Shown here piece after piece: positions 47,266-57,967 of a DNA stretch of 64,000 nt. Source of the DNA: a virus; the IMG/VR virus record IMGVR_UViG_3300042465_006773. The stretch is one strand, 5' to 3'. The position numbers and the translations under genes are program-made. The first letter of the stretch is position 1. Every line of letters starts with the position of its first letter. A model generated the notes under the pieces. It searched no databases, was not told the DNA's origin, and saw nothing but the letters and a program-made list of their open reading frames with translations.

Positions 47266-48294
47266 ATGGCAGATTTAAAACCATTGGGTAGTGAAAAACT
47301 CAAAGCGGATGAAAAATTAAAAAGAATCCTTGAGTTAACATACTACGGTGAAAACAAAAATAAAACCATCACCGAATCTAAATCTTCAACAATGAAGACA
47401 GAATATATATCTGAATCCGTTAATGGGTTTAGATATGGTATTGTTAAAGAAAAAGATGGTTTCTATGTAAAAAAAGGTTTAAATGAAAGTTCATTAGATT
47501 ACATTGGTGGACTTTTTATGAAAAATAAAAATAGATTTAATTCATATGCTGAGGCACTTAAAAGATTACAACTATTAAGTGGCGGTGAATTAAATGAAGC
47601 AACAAAATATGTTTTAAAACAAAAACCTTCAACACCTGAAGGTGATATGGGAGCATTACCACCAGCACCTGAAGGTGATATGGGTACGGATTTACCACCG
47701 GCACCTGAAGGTGATATGGGAGCATTACCACCAGCACCTGAAGGTGATATGGGTACGGATTTACCACCGGCACCTGAAGGTGATACGGCAATGGGAAATG
47801 AGGGTTCACCTAAACCGTCGGATTATATGACGGAAGTGCAGAAATTTGCTGGTAAGTTGGGACAAGAATTAAGAGACCAAAAAGAAAAAATGGAAAGTGA
47901 CGATATTAAATATGTTTTAAACATGATAATATCCGCAGTTGATTTAGACAAACTCGATGATGAAGATATTGAAGAAATCGGTGGTAAATTTGATAGAGAA
48001 ATTGAGGATGACGCAACAATGGGAGATAATATGGATGACGAAACCTTACCAGCAGACGATGAAACCGTTCCTGAAGAACCTGCAGGTGATGAGGAATTAG
48101 GTGAAATGATGGGTATGGATAAACTTGAGTCTTTTATTAATCAACCAATTGAAACTGGTGAGATAGATTTGTCAAAATATGCCGATTTAGGAAAAGGGAC
48201 AAACGAGGAAGATTTAAAAGAGATTGATTTAGATGAAATTAAAAGTGAGATAAATAAAAGTATTGCTGAAACTTTAGGTAAATATTTCAAATAA
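47266..48294 (+). CDS. Acidic putative head-associated protein with Pro-rich repeats
   Basis: ITES/LNES/LNEA motifs; PEGDMG repeats; lies upstream of the head module. Confidence 0.6.
   Translation: MADLKPLGSEKLKADEKLKRILELTYYGENKNKTITESKSSTMKTEYISESVNGFRYGIVKEKDGFYVKKGLNESSLDYIGGLFMKNKNRFNSYAEALKRLQLLSGGELNEATKYVLKQKPSTPEGDMGALPPAPEGDMGTDLPPAPEGDMGALPPAPEGDMGTDLPPAPEGDTAMGNEGSPKPSDYMTEVQKFAGKLGQELRDQKEKMESDDIKYVLNMIISAVDLDKLDDEDIEEIGGKFDREIEDDATMGDNMDDETLPADDETVPEEPAGDEELGEMMGMDKLESFINQPIETGEIDLSKYADLGKGTNEEDLKEIDLDEIKSEINKSIAETLGKYFK
47634..47785 (+). repeat. In-frame 69-bp tandem repeat (33+36-bp subunits), two copies plus a partial
   Basis: Encodes PEGDMGALPPA-PEGDMGTDLPPA twice, with identical DNA. 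Confidence 0.9.
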
Positions 48295-48295
48295 A

Positions 48296-48694
48296 ATGCG
48301 TCTTATTTATGTTAACGAAATAGGAACAGACTATAAAGGTCAAAAACAATACGAATTCATATTCAGCTTGTCTGGCGAAATAAATATGGATGAATGGTAT
48401 GATGTTCCCGCTTCTTCAACATTTACAACTAAATCCCCAAGTGTTGAATACATAGACCAAGTTGGTCTACTCAAAGATACGGATATTGTTTTTGAATTGA
48501 TACAAAATTCTGACTATTTTGGTATTATCGATGCTGTTGACGGTATAGTTGCAATGGCTTGGGAAAAAACAAATTTTGATTCAGAAAAAGATAGGTTATT
48601 TTTTAGATTTGGAGAAACCTATGAATTTATCACAAATAAATTAAAACAAAGAGGAATAACATTAGAAAATAAAAAAATAAAATATTATGAATAG
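48296..48694 (+). CDS. Hypothetical protein
   Basis: 132-aa ORF in the operon. Confidence 0.65.
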   Translation: MRLIYVNEIGTDYKGQKQYEFIFSLSGEINMDEWYDVPASSTFTTKSPSVEYIDQVGLLKDTDIVFELIQNSDYFGIIDAVDGIVAMAWEKTNFDSEKDRLFFRFGETYEFITNKLKQRGITLENKKIKYYE

Positions 48695-49454
48695 AAAAAT
48701 AATAATTGAAAAACTTTTAAAAGAAGGGTTTTCAGAAAAAACTCTTGTTAGTTTTAATGATAAACAACTTGTGACTTTATCAAAAACAGTTTTAAAAGAA
48801 GCTGTGATGATTAAAAAAGACAATGTAAAAGATATCGCAGCAGCTAAAGCTGCTGGTAAAACTATTGAAACTTACGAGTCAAAACATAAAGATGTAAATG
48901 AAAAGTGGAAAGGTGATGTTAAAGTTAAGAAAACAGGAGAACATGCAGATAAAACTGTATCTGAATTAAAAAAAGAACTTAATTCTTTAAAAGAAAAAAG
49001 TAAAAAATATCAAGACGAAGGTAAAAAAGTTCCTAAAAAAATTATAGACCAAGAAGCGGAATTGAAATTTGCTATTAGAGCAAAACAAGGGTGGAAGAAA
49101 AAAATGAATGAAAATGTTTCCGAAATTGAAGAATGGGTTTTAGATTTAACCGAATCAAAGTATTCTCAATTTACATCAAAAAATGATATCATGAAAATTA
49201 TAAATGAAAAAATGGAAACGTTTCAACCGATGCCTATGTCAAAACCAAAAAAAGGTCACAACGGTATTCCTGAGTTTATGACTTACGATGCAATTGTTGG
49301 TAATCAACCGGCTCCATCACCAAATCCATCTCAACCTGATGTACTTCCCGATGCACCACCAAAAGAGAAAGATAAACCAAAACCAAAAACACCTTATCAA
49401 CCGGGTCCGGGGGTTGACCCTAAACCTAAAGCATTAAGAGAAAAAAAATATTAG
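48687..49454 (+). CDS. Hypothetical putative head protein
   Basis: LKE/VNE/MNE/LTE motifs, Pro-rich C-terminus. Confidence 0.6.
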   Translation: MNRKIIIEKLLKEGFSEKTLVSFNDKQLVTLSKTVLKEAVMIKKDNVKDIAAAKAAGKTIETYESKHKDVNEKWKGDVKVKKTGEHADKTVSELKKELNSLKEKSKKYQDEGKKVPKKIIDQEAELKFAIRAKQGWKKKMNENVSEIEEWVLDLTESKYSQFTSKNDIMKIINEKMETFQPMPMSKPKKGHNGIPEFMTYDAIVGNQPAPSPNPSQPDVLPDAPPKEKDKPKPKTPYQPGPGVDPKPKALREKKY

Positions 49455-49457
49455 ACA

Positions 49458-50786
49458 ATGAAGTTTTTAAAAAAAGATTTATTACGTATATTAAGTGAAA
49501 ACTTACATGAGATGCCAATGGATTTTGATACACCTGATAGACCATATCAAGGATTACAAGACAAATTAGCACAAGGAGACACTCCACTAAAAAAGATTCC
49601 ATTACCGTCAACCGGTGAAGAACCTAATAAAAATTTTCAAGAATTACTTGCATCTGAAAGATACAGACAAGTAGTTGCTAAAGTTAGAGAATATACGGGA
49701 GTTGATGCACCAATGCGAGGTGAAGAAAATATTATGCCGTTGGCTCGAATGATGATGTTAGCACATGATGAAATTATCCAAACTGAACGGGCACATAAAG
49801 AAGAATTAGAAAGACTTGCAGTTGAATTAGTAATGAAAGAAATGGGTATTCCTGAAGGGGCCCTACAATTTGATGCGAAGATTGTTGGTATGGGTGAAAT
49901 TGATACTCAGAATTTTAATCGAGAAATGCAACAACAACCAAATATTGAACCTGTCGACATTGAACAAGATTTGATGAGTGATTTGGAATCAATGACAATG
50001 GAAAAGGCGAAGAGAAGATTAATTAATAATATGATACAAGGGGCATCTAAAAAAGGTCACTACATGTATCATTATGTTGCAGATAAGATTAGAGAGATTA
50101 CGGGTTCTGACAGAATTATTGGACAATATGGTATTTTGATGTCAATCAACGATACGTTGTACTGGCAATTAAGTGATGAGACCATGAAGATGATGATGGG
50201 TGGGCCTGAAGGTGGTGGTTCTGTTGGGGGTAAGGAAGAGGTAAGAAGAAATACTAATCCACCGACAATCGTTGCGAGAGGTGTTAATTTTCCGATTCTT
50301 GTTCATGAGTTAATTAAGGGTGTTATGGAATTGTTTGCGATTCAAGGAAGACCTACAGATGAAGAAGGTAATGAAGATACAGAAGCGTGGTCAGAAATTG
50401 AGGGTTCTGAGGACACTCTTGAAAAAGAAATGTGGGATTTACGTTTAGGACCAGCAATTTGGGAAAGAATTAGGTCTCAGTATCCTGAAAATCTTTTAAC
50501 TGATGAAAATAAAATAGAATTACAAAATTATTTATTGGTTGAAATATTTAAATTACCAGCAAAACAATTTTTGGTGTTTATGAGAGAGGTTATATCGGGT
50601 TCAGATGGTGGTAAACGTTTAATGAACGAATTGATGGATGGTATAGATAAATTGCTTAAAAACCAAGATTATCAAGATGCTATTGATGCATTTAACGAAG
50701 ATTTAAATGACATTACAGATAATACAGATGATGATGATTTATCTGATTTCTTAGGTGGTTTAGGTATTAGATTATCCGACGATTAG
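49458..50786 (+). CDS. Hypothetical protein upstream of the terminase
   Basis: 442-aa ORF; ILSE leader; VHELIKG motif. Confidence 0.65.
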   Translation: MKFLKKDLLRILSENLHEMPMDFDTPDRPYQGLQDKLAQGDTPLKKIPLPSTGEEPNKNFQELLASERYRQVVAKVREYTGVDAPMRGEENIMPLARMMMLAHDEIIQTERAHKEELERLAVELVMKEMGIPEGALQFDAKIVGMGEIDTQNFNREMQQQPNIEPVDIEQDLMSDLESMTMEKAKRRLINNMIQGASKKGHYMYHYVADKIREITGSDRIIGQYGILMSINDTLYWQLSDETMKMMMGGPEGGGSVGGKEEVRRNTNPPTIVARGVNFPILVHELIKGVMELFAIQGRPTDEEGNEDTEAWSEIEGSEDTLEKEMWDLRLGPAIWERIRSQYPENLLTDENKIELQNYLLVEIFKLPAKQFLVFMREVISGSDGGKRLMNELMDGIDKLLKNQDYQDAIDAFNEDLNDITDNTDDDDLSDFLGGLGIRLSDD

Positions 50787-50809
50787 TCCGTTTAAATGAC
50801 TAAAAAAAG

Positions 50810-50836
50810 AAAGGGGGACTTATGTCCCCTTTTTTT
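50810..50836 (+). terminator. Intrinsic terminator
   Basis: AAAGGGGGAC-TTAT-GTCCCCTTTTTTT. Confidence 0.8.
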
Positions 50837-50849
50837 ATATTTATATATA

Positions 50850-52621
50850 TGAGTAATCAAAAAATAGAACAACTAAAGGAGTATGCTAAAATTATCAAAG
50901 ACACCCCTTATGCATTAAAAACGTATTTACAAACTTACGATAATACGCAAAAAAGATTCGTTCCGTTGGAGTTATTTCCTGACCAAATACAATTATTAGA
51001 GGATTACGAAAAATACAATGAGAATATAACGAGAAAATATAGACAGGCTGGTGTAACAACGGTTACCGCTGCTTGGATTTCAAAAAAACTTCAAACAGCA
51101 AAAAAAGATAATCCTGAAAGGGTATTGATAATAGCAAACAAAAAAGACACTGCGGTTGAAATGGCTAACAAAATTAGGGCGTTTATTGAACAATGGCCCG
51201 ATTGGGTTAATGTTGGTTTTTCACCGGATAAAAATTCAGAAAGTAGATTTAGATTAAACAACGGTTGTGAAGTAAAAGCAGTGGCAACATCTGCAGATGC
51301 GTTAAGAGGTTACACACCAACGATATTGATTTTTGACGAAGCGGCATATATTGAGGCCGGTGAAGATTTTTGGGCAGCATCTATGGCATCATTGTCTACG
51401 GGTGGTAAGATTATTCTTATTTCCACACCAAATGGTTTTGACCCAATTTATTACGGTGTATACGACCAAGCTATTAGAGGTGTTAACGATTTTCATATAA
51501 CTGACTTAAGATGGTTTAAAGACCCGAGATACACAAAAGATTTAAGATGGGTTAAATGTAGTGATATTGTTCACTATATGTTAAATAGAGAACAATATGA
51601 CGATGATGAGATTGTAATGACCGATTTTGAAATCGAAAATTACAAACAGTATGAAGAGGAAGGATATAAACCTTTATCTTCTTGGTTTGAGTCAATGTCT
51701 AAAAAATTCAAATTTGATAGAAGAAAAATTGCTCAGGAATTGGAGTGTGATTTTCTTGGTTCGGGGGATGGTGTGATTCCAACAGAAGTGCAAGATAACA
51801 TTGTCAAAAACATGTTGAGGGACCCAAAAGAAAAGTACATGCAAGGTACTTTTTGGCAATGGAAAGAACCTATACAAGGCCATAAATACATAATGGGTGT
51901 TGATGTTAGTAGAGGTGATAGTGAGGATTTTTCATCAATAAACATTATTGATTTTGATGAAAGAGAACAAGTTGCAGAATATATTGGTAAAATACCGCCT
52001 GATGATTTAGCATCTATCGCTTATAAATGGGGTGTTCTTTACGAAGCGTTTATTGTTGTTGATATTACTGGTGGGATGGGTGTTGCAACATCAAGAAAAC
52101 TACAAGAATTAAATTACAAAAATCTCTATATTGATGGTATTAACACAAAGAATATTTGGGAATATAATTCTAAAGCAATGGAAAAAATACCCGGTATTAA
52201 CTTCAATAATAAGAGAACACAAATTGTGGCAGCGTTTGAAGAACAATTGAGAAAAGGGTTTCAAGTTAGGTCCGCAAGATTAATGAATGAATTAAATACG
52301 TTTGTTTATATCAATGGTAGACCAGACCACATGAAAGGTGCTCATGATGATGCTATCATGAGTATGTCTATGGCTCTATATGTTGGTGATATTTCTTTTG
52401 CTCAACTAAGTAAAAATGAAAATGCAAATAAGGCGATGCTAGAATCGTGGACAATATCTGAGAGGACATATGAACCAAATAAATCATTTTATTCATATGG
52501 AACATCATTTGACCAAATTGGTTCAATGTCATCGGATGGTAATCCTATTTTTCAACAAAACAATAATGCAACAAAAGAACAATATAAACAATATTCTTGG
52601 TTATTTGGTAAACAACGTTAA
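50850..52621 (+). CDS. Terminase large subunit (T4 gp17-like)
   Basis: LFPDQ, RQAGVTT, LIFDEAA, ISTPNG, QELEC, GVDVSRG, HDD nuclease motif. Confidence 0.92.
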
Positions 52622-52673
52622 TCGTTTATTTTAAACTAATTTTTATTTATATTCTTTTTAACTATTTATATAC

Positions 52674-54476
52674 ATGGCTGATAATTTAACAGTATTTCAA
52701 AGATTAACAAAAATATTTGGTTTTCCCGGTAAAGTAACTCCTGAAGAAGCACCATCTTTTAAATTCGATAAAGAAGAAATTTTAAAAACGAGTAGTAGAG
52801 AAGAATATGAAAAGGCGATGTTGCAGGCTCAACAAACTCAATACATTGCTGATAAATTTTCTAAACTTGACCAATCACTGTATAACCAATCTGTTTATTA
52901 TGAACCAAACAGATTATCAATGTATTATGATGTTGAGTCGATGGAGTTCACTCCTGAAATTTCAGCTGCTTTGGATATATACGCTGAAGAATCTACAACA
53001 TTATCTGAAAAGGGAAACTTACTAACAATCTTTTCGGAATCCGATAGAATTAAATCAACATTAGAAGATTTATTTGTAAACAGATTGGATTTAAACACTA
53101 ATTTACAAATGTGGGCTAGAGGTATGTGTAAATATGGTGACAATTTTGTTTATTTAAAAGTTGACCCAGAAAAAGGTATTATTGGTTGTCAACAATTACC
53201 AAATATTGAGATTGAAAGATTAGAGGGTAAGGAAAGTAAAACCCCTAATCAAATGGATACTATGCAAATGCCAAGTAGAGAACTCAGATTTCAATGGAAA
53301 AATAAAGAAATGGAGTTTCAGTCTTGGGAAATTGCTCATTTTAGACTATTAGGTGACGATAGAAAACTTCCTTATGGTACATCTATGTTGGATAAAATCA
53401 GGAGGATTTGGAAACAATTGTTACTTGCTGAAGATGCTATGTTGATTTATAGAACAACGAGGGCACCCGAAAGACGTGTATTTAAAGTTTTTGTTGGTAA
53501 TATGGATGACAAAGATATCGAACCATATGTACAAAGAGTTGCGAATAAATTTAAAAGGGACCAAGTTGTTGATTCAAGAAACGGTCAAGTTGATATGAGG
53601 TATAATCAAATGGCGGTAGACCAAGATTATTTTATTCCTGTTCGTGACCCGGCTCAAACAAATCCAATTGAAACATTACCTGGTGCTCAAAATTTGGGAG
53701 AAATTGCGGATATTGAATATATTCAGAAAAAAATGTTAGCCGCACTAAGAATACCAAAAGCCTTTTTGGGTTTTGAAGAAGTTGTTGGTGATGGTAAAAC
53801 ATTAGCACTAATGGACATTAGGTTCGCAAGAACAATTAATAGAATTCAAAAATCTTTAATACATGAGTTAAATAAAATCGCTTTAATTCATTTGTATTTA
53901 GTTGGATTAGAAGATGAATTAAATAATTTTTCATTATCTTTAACAAACCCATCCGCTCAGTCAGATTTATTAAGAATTGAACAATGGAAAGAAAAAATTC
54001 TCTTATATAAAGACGCCACTTCCGACCAATCTCAAATAGGTATATTACCCGTTTCACATACATGGGCAAAAAAGAATATCTTGGGTATGAGTGATAGTGA
54101 AGTTGTTTTAGATTTACAACAACAAAGATTAGAAAGGGCGATTGGTTTTGAATTAACTAATACTCAAATGGTAATAAAACGTTCGGGTGTTTTTGATGAG
54201 GTCGATTCCAAATATGGTATTCCCGAAAATGAGAGGGAGGCCGCAGCACAATCACCAGAAGGTGCTGAAGCAGGTGGGGGTATGGATATGGGAGCACCAC
54301 CAACACCACCTTCACCGCCGGCCGGTGGTGAGGCTCCGCTAAGTGAAAATAAAAAAATTAGATTAACAAATTTTTTAGGTGAATCTAACAATTTAGAAGA
54401 TTTATTTGATATTAATAAAGCACAACAGAATATTTATGAAATAGAAAATAAATTAAACGATATACTAAACCAATAA
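52674..54476 (+). CDS. Portal protein (T4 gp20-like)
   Basis: PEISAALD, LPYGTSML, EDAMLIYRTTRAPERRVF, DYFIP, IETLPG. Confidence 0.93.
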   Translation: MADNLTVFQRLTKIFGFPGKVTPEEAPSFKFDKEEILKTSSREEYEKAMLQAQQTQYIADKFSKLDQSLYNQSVYYEPNRLSMYYDVESMEFTPEISAALDIYAEESTTLSEKGNLLTIFSESDRIKSTLEDLFVNRLDLNTNLQMWARGMCKYGDNFVYLKVDPEKGIIGCQQLPNIEIERLEGKESKTPNQMDTMQMPSRELRFQWKNKEMEFQSWEIAHFRLLGDDRKLPYGTSMLDKIRRIWKQLLLAEDAMLIYRTTRAPERRVFKVFVGNMDDKDIEPYVQRVANKFKRDQVVDSRNGQVDMRYNQMAVDQDYFIPVRDPAQTNPIETLPGAQNLGEIADIEYIQKKMLAALRIPKAFLGFEEVVGDGKTLALMDIRFARTINRIQKSLIHELNKIALIHLYLVGLEDELNNFSLSLTNPSAQSDLLRIEQWKEKILLYKDATSDQSQIGILPVSHTWAKKNILGMSDSEVVLDLQQQRLERAIGFELTNTQMVIKRSGVFDEVDSKYGIPENEREAAAQSPEGAEAGGGMDMGAPPTPPSPPAGGEAPLSENKKIRLTNFLGESNNLEDLFDINKAQQNIYEIENKLNDILNQ

Positions 54477-54480
54477 TCAA

Positions 54481-55218
54481 ATGACAAATTTTGGAGAATT
54501 TAAATTAAAAATGTTAACTAAGTTAACTGATTTATATACATCAAAAAATAAAGTGGAATTAAAAAATACCATAAAATCAATCACATCAAATAAAACATTA
54601 TCCGAAATGTATACTTTCTATGAAAACATAGAAAATTTAAACATCACATCAAAAGATAAGGCCAAATTATATGTGGAATCAATCGAACCTATTTTGATTG
54701 AAAAAATGAAAACTATAAAGAAAGATTTGAAAAATTTCACTAAGAATTTAAAAGAAGTTGAGTTTGAAAAAAATTCTTTGTATGAAAATTTAGATATTCT
54801 TTCGGAAGAAAACACTATACACAATATATCCAAAAAAATAGATGCTAGAGAAAATTTAATTGAACATTTATTGAAGGAAAAAAAACGAGATGAAAAACCA
54901 AGTGAAATTCAAATAGAAAATCATTCACTGTTGAATGCAGTATTGGTTAATAATTTTAATATAAAATATTCGGATTTTTTAAGTGAGGAACAAAAAGAAA
55001 CATTTAATAAAATTGTTTCAATGCCCAATGATGAATTAATAAAAGAAACAAAAAACCTTAAAAAGGAATTGACTAACAAAATCGACTCTTTGATTAAAGA
55101 ATCGAGTGAGGATACGTTAAAAGATAAATTAAAAAATGTGATGTCAGAAATAAATAAATCTGACACCACAAAATTTGATTATTATAAACTTATTGAATTG
55201 AAGAATGGGTTACTATGA
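54481..55218 (+). CDS. Hypothetical coiled-coil protein in the head module
   Basis: Directly follows the portal gene; K/E/L-rich helical composition. Confidence 0.65.
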   Translation: MTNFGEFKLKMLTKLTDLYTSKNKVELKNTIKSITSNKTLSEMYTFYENIENLNITSKDKAKLYVESIEPILIEKMKTIKKDLKNFTKNLKEVEFEKNSLYENLDILSEENTIHNISKKIDARENLIEHLLKEKKRDEKPSEIQIENHSLLNAVLVNNFNIKYSDFLSEEQKETFNKIVSMPNDELIKETKNLKKELTNKIDSLIKESSEDTLKDKLKNVMSEINKSDTTKFDYYKLIELKNGLL

Positions 55219-55410
55219 CCTATCTTCTTTGCTTTTAATTTTTTGTTTATAAATTGCTTTAAGTAATTTATCTCTTTTAGCCACGGAAGGTTTCACAAAC
55301 TCCTCTCTGTCTCTTAATTGTTCATTTTGTCTTGTTTTTTGAACCCTGTATTTATATTTTTTTAATGCGGATTCAATTCCTTTTTCTTTACTTACATTGA
55401 TTTTTATCAT
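55213..55410 (-). CDS. rpsU: Phage-encoded 30S ribosomal protein bS21
   Basis: IESALKKYKYRVQKT...QLRDREEFVKPSVAKR...KAIYKQ, Bacteroidota-type. Confidence 0.9.
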   Translation of the reverse strand: MIKINVSKEKGIESALKKYKYRVQKTRQNEQLRDREEFVKPSVAKRDKLLKAIYKQKIKSKEDRS

Positions 55411-55509
55411 AACTTTTTTTTTAAAAATATACGAAAAAAATTTTAAATTATTAACATTATTTCATATATTTTATAAACACCATAAAAATATTATATATGA
55501 TAAATAATA

Positions 55510-55935
55510 ATGAAAAAAGGAAAATTTATAGTAATTGGTTCACACAAGAGTGTAAAAATAGGTTACGGAACTGTAGATTATAAAAATTTAAAAACAATTT
55601 ACATACAATTAAACTCATGGATACAACCAACGTTGGATGAACAAGATTTTGATAAATTAATTTATAAAAGTAGAAAAAGAATAAAAGATAAAATCTATTT
55701 ACTTAATTCCGAGTTTTTCAAACCACAGTGTATTGTTGATTTGGACATAAAAACAAACGGAATTAAATTAAATAAAAGGTCTTTTATGGATTTAGAAATA
55801 ACCCTTTATGTTAGTAAACATTTTGATGTAAGGTCAAAAGAAATAAAAAATTACATTGCAAACCTATCAAAAGACATAATCGAAACAGTACTTGTTGACA
55901 AAACTTTTTATAATTTCTTCGATAAAAAGAATTAA
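55510..55935 (+). CDS. Hypothetical protein
   Basis: 141-aa ORF between rpsU and the protease gene. Confidence 0.65.
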   Translation: MKKGKFIVIGSHKSVKIGYGTVDYKNLKTIYIQLNSWIQPTLDEQDFDKLIYKSRKRIKDKIYLLNSEFFKPQCIVDLDIKTNGIKLNKRSFMDLEITLYVSKHFDVRSKEIKNYIANLSKDIIETVLVDKTFYNFFDKKN

Positions 55936-55968
55936 TCTTTTTCCGAAGTATTTATTATAAAAAGTTTA

Positions 55969-56652
55969 ATGAAGATATTGGGTCCTAATGATACCGGTAG
56001 AGGTATTCTTTTAGAATACGATGCTGGATATATTTCATACGAAGAAAATAAGAAAATAATTTCTGAAATGAGAGAAATGGATTTCTCTCAAGATATTATA
56101 TTGTTTGCTGTTTTACAAAAATATGATACACCAAACAAAAATGGTAGAATATATCCGGAACTTTTATTAAAAAGAGAAAACGAAAAATATCAAACATTAA
56201 TTAAAAAGGGTGGTGCTTTAAATGAATTAAATCACCCAAGTTCGTCTTTAATTGATTTAGATAGGGTTTCCCATTCAATTTTAGAGACATGGTGGGATGG
56301 TAAAATATTAATGGGTAAAATAAAACTTTTTACTTCACCCGCATGGAAAAAAATGGGTATCGTAAGCACAAAGGGAGACCAAGCGGCAATGTTAATTATG
56401 AATGGGGCAACACTTGGTATATCATCAAGAGGTGTTGGTTCATTAAAAAATGTAAAGGGACAAAATATCGTTCAAGATGATTTTGAATTAGTTTGTTTTG
56501 ATTTAGTATCATCTCCAAGCACCCCAGGAGCGTATGTTTTCTCAGACATAAATGACAGAGAGCAGTATCAAGAGTCATTGGATGAAAAACCAAAAGACGT
56601 TGATAAAATGAAAAATCTTATGTCAAGATTGGATAGTTTTTTATCAAAATAA
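55969..56652 (+). CDS. Prohead protease (T4 gp21-like)
   Basis: NKNGRIYP, ELNHP, VSH, GISSRGVGS, FDLVSSPSTPGA. Confidence 0.93.
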   Translation: MKILGPNDTGRGILLEYDAGYISYEENKKIISEMREMDFSQDIILFAVLQKYDTPNKNGRIYPELLLKRENEKYQTLIKKGGALNELNHPSSSLIDLDRVSHSILETWWDGKILMGKIKLFTSPAWKKMGIVSTKGDQAAMLIMNGATLGISSRGVGSLKNVKGQNIVQDDFELVCFDLVSSPSTPGAYVFSDINDREQYQESLDEKPKDVDKMKNLMSRLDSFLSK

Positions 56653-56731
56653 ATTTTTTTACGTTTTTAACAACGTAACATAATATTTTTTACGAAAAAC
56701 AATATATTTATTATAAAACTATATTCATAAA

Positions 56732-57934
56732 ATGAGCAACAAATCAATTTTAGAACAAGCGTTACTTCAAGTACAAACACTTGAAGAAGCAGTAAAAGCG
56801 AACGCAAAAGGTATACTGGCTTCTACAATGAAACAGGAACTGAACGATTTGCTAAAAGAATCATTGGAAGAAGAGAAAGAGGTTGACGAACAACCCGATT
56901 CTGAAGAGGATACAGATGATGTACCAGTAAAAACTGGCGATGAAGAAAATCCAGATAATGAAGATGATGAACCATCAAAAGATATCGATTCATTAGATAC
57001 CGATGATGACATGGCCCCAACAATGGACGACATGGACACCGATGATGACATGGCTCCAACAATGGACGACATGGACACCGATGATGATGTATTAGATATG
57101 ACCGGCGCAGATGAAGACGAAATTTTAAAAGTTTTCAAAGCAATGGGTCCTAATGATGGTGTAATTGTCAAAAAAGATGATAATCATATTGAGTTATCTG
57201 ACGGTGATGATGAGTATATCATTCAATTAGATGAAGACGAAATGATGTCTGATGAAATGCCGGTCGATGAAGACGAAATGATGTCTGATGAAATGCCGGT
57301 CGATGAAGACGAAATGATGTCTGATGAAATGCCGGTCGATGAAGACGAAATGATGTCCGATGAAACTGTTTACGAAATTGAACTTGATGATGTAGATGAG
57401 GGTGACATGTCACCTGAAGACGCAATGGAGGGAGATGTAGAACCAGTTGAGGGTGATGTCGATGAATCCGCTCGTACAATGGGTTATGGTTACCATGGGG
57501 GTTTAAAATCAAAAAACGTGTACAAGGCTGGTAACAAAAGAGACGAAATTAACGAAGAGGTTAGTAAACTAAAAAAACAAAACGATGAATATAAAAAGGC
57601 GTTAGTCTTATTCAAAGATAAGTTAAATGAAGTTGCTGTCTTTAACGCTAATTTGGCCTATGCAACTCGTTTATTTACCGAGCATTCAACAACAAAACAA
57701 GAAAAATTAAATATCTTAAAAAGATTCGATTCAATCTCAACCTTGAAAGAGTCTAAGAACTTATACAGTTCAATAAAAACCGAGTTGGAAACAAAAAAAC
57801 CAGTAACCGAATCGGTGGTTGAAAAAATAAATCACGCACCAACATCTTCTTCTACGAATGTATTGTCCGAGTCTAAGGCTTATGAAAATCCACAATTCAA
57901 AAGAATGAAAGATTTGATGCAAAAATTAAAATAA
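56732..57934 (+). CDS. Prohead scaffolding/core protein (gp22-like by position)
   Basis: Very acidic middle, coiled-coil C-terminus, located between protease and major capsid genes. Confidence 0.75.
   Translation: MSNKSILEQALLQVQTLEEAVKANAKGILASTMKQELNDLLKESLEEEKEVDEQPDSEEDTDDVPVKTGDEENPDNEDDEPSKDIDSLDTDDDMAPTMDDMDTDDDMAPTMDDMDTDDDVLDMTGADEDEILKVFKAMGPNDGVIVKKDDNHIELSDGDDEYIIQLDEDEMMSDEMPVDEDEMMSDEMPVDEDEMMSDEMPVDEDEMMSDETVYEIELDDVDEGDMSPEDAMEGDVEPVEGDVDESARTMGYGYHGGLKSKNVYKAGNKRDEINEEVSKLKKQNDEYKKALVLFKDKLNEVAVFNANLAYATRLFTEHSTTKQEKLNILKRFDSISTLKESKNLYSSIKTELETKKPVTESVVEKINHAPTSSSTNVLSESKAYENPQFKRMKDLMQKLK
56996..57088 (+). repeat. In-frame 39-bp tandem repeat (~2.4 copies)
   Basis: DTDDDMAPTMDDM units. 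Confidence 0.9.
57230..57364 (+). repeat. In-frame 36-bp tandem repeat (~3.75 copies)
   Basis: GATGAAGACGAAATGATGTCTGATGAAATGCCGGTC = DEDEMMSDEMPV. Confidence 0.9.
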
Positions 57935-57967
57935 ACAATAAACTTAAAAAATAAAAAATCTAAAAAA

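Noticed and set aside
47634-57364. Tandem repeats as CRISPR arrays
   Set aside because: In-frame coding repeats with no unique spacers and no cas genes in the window.
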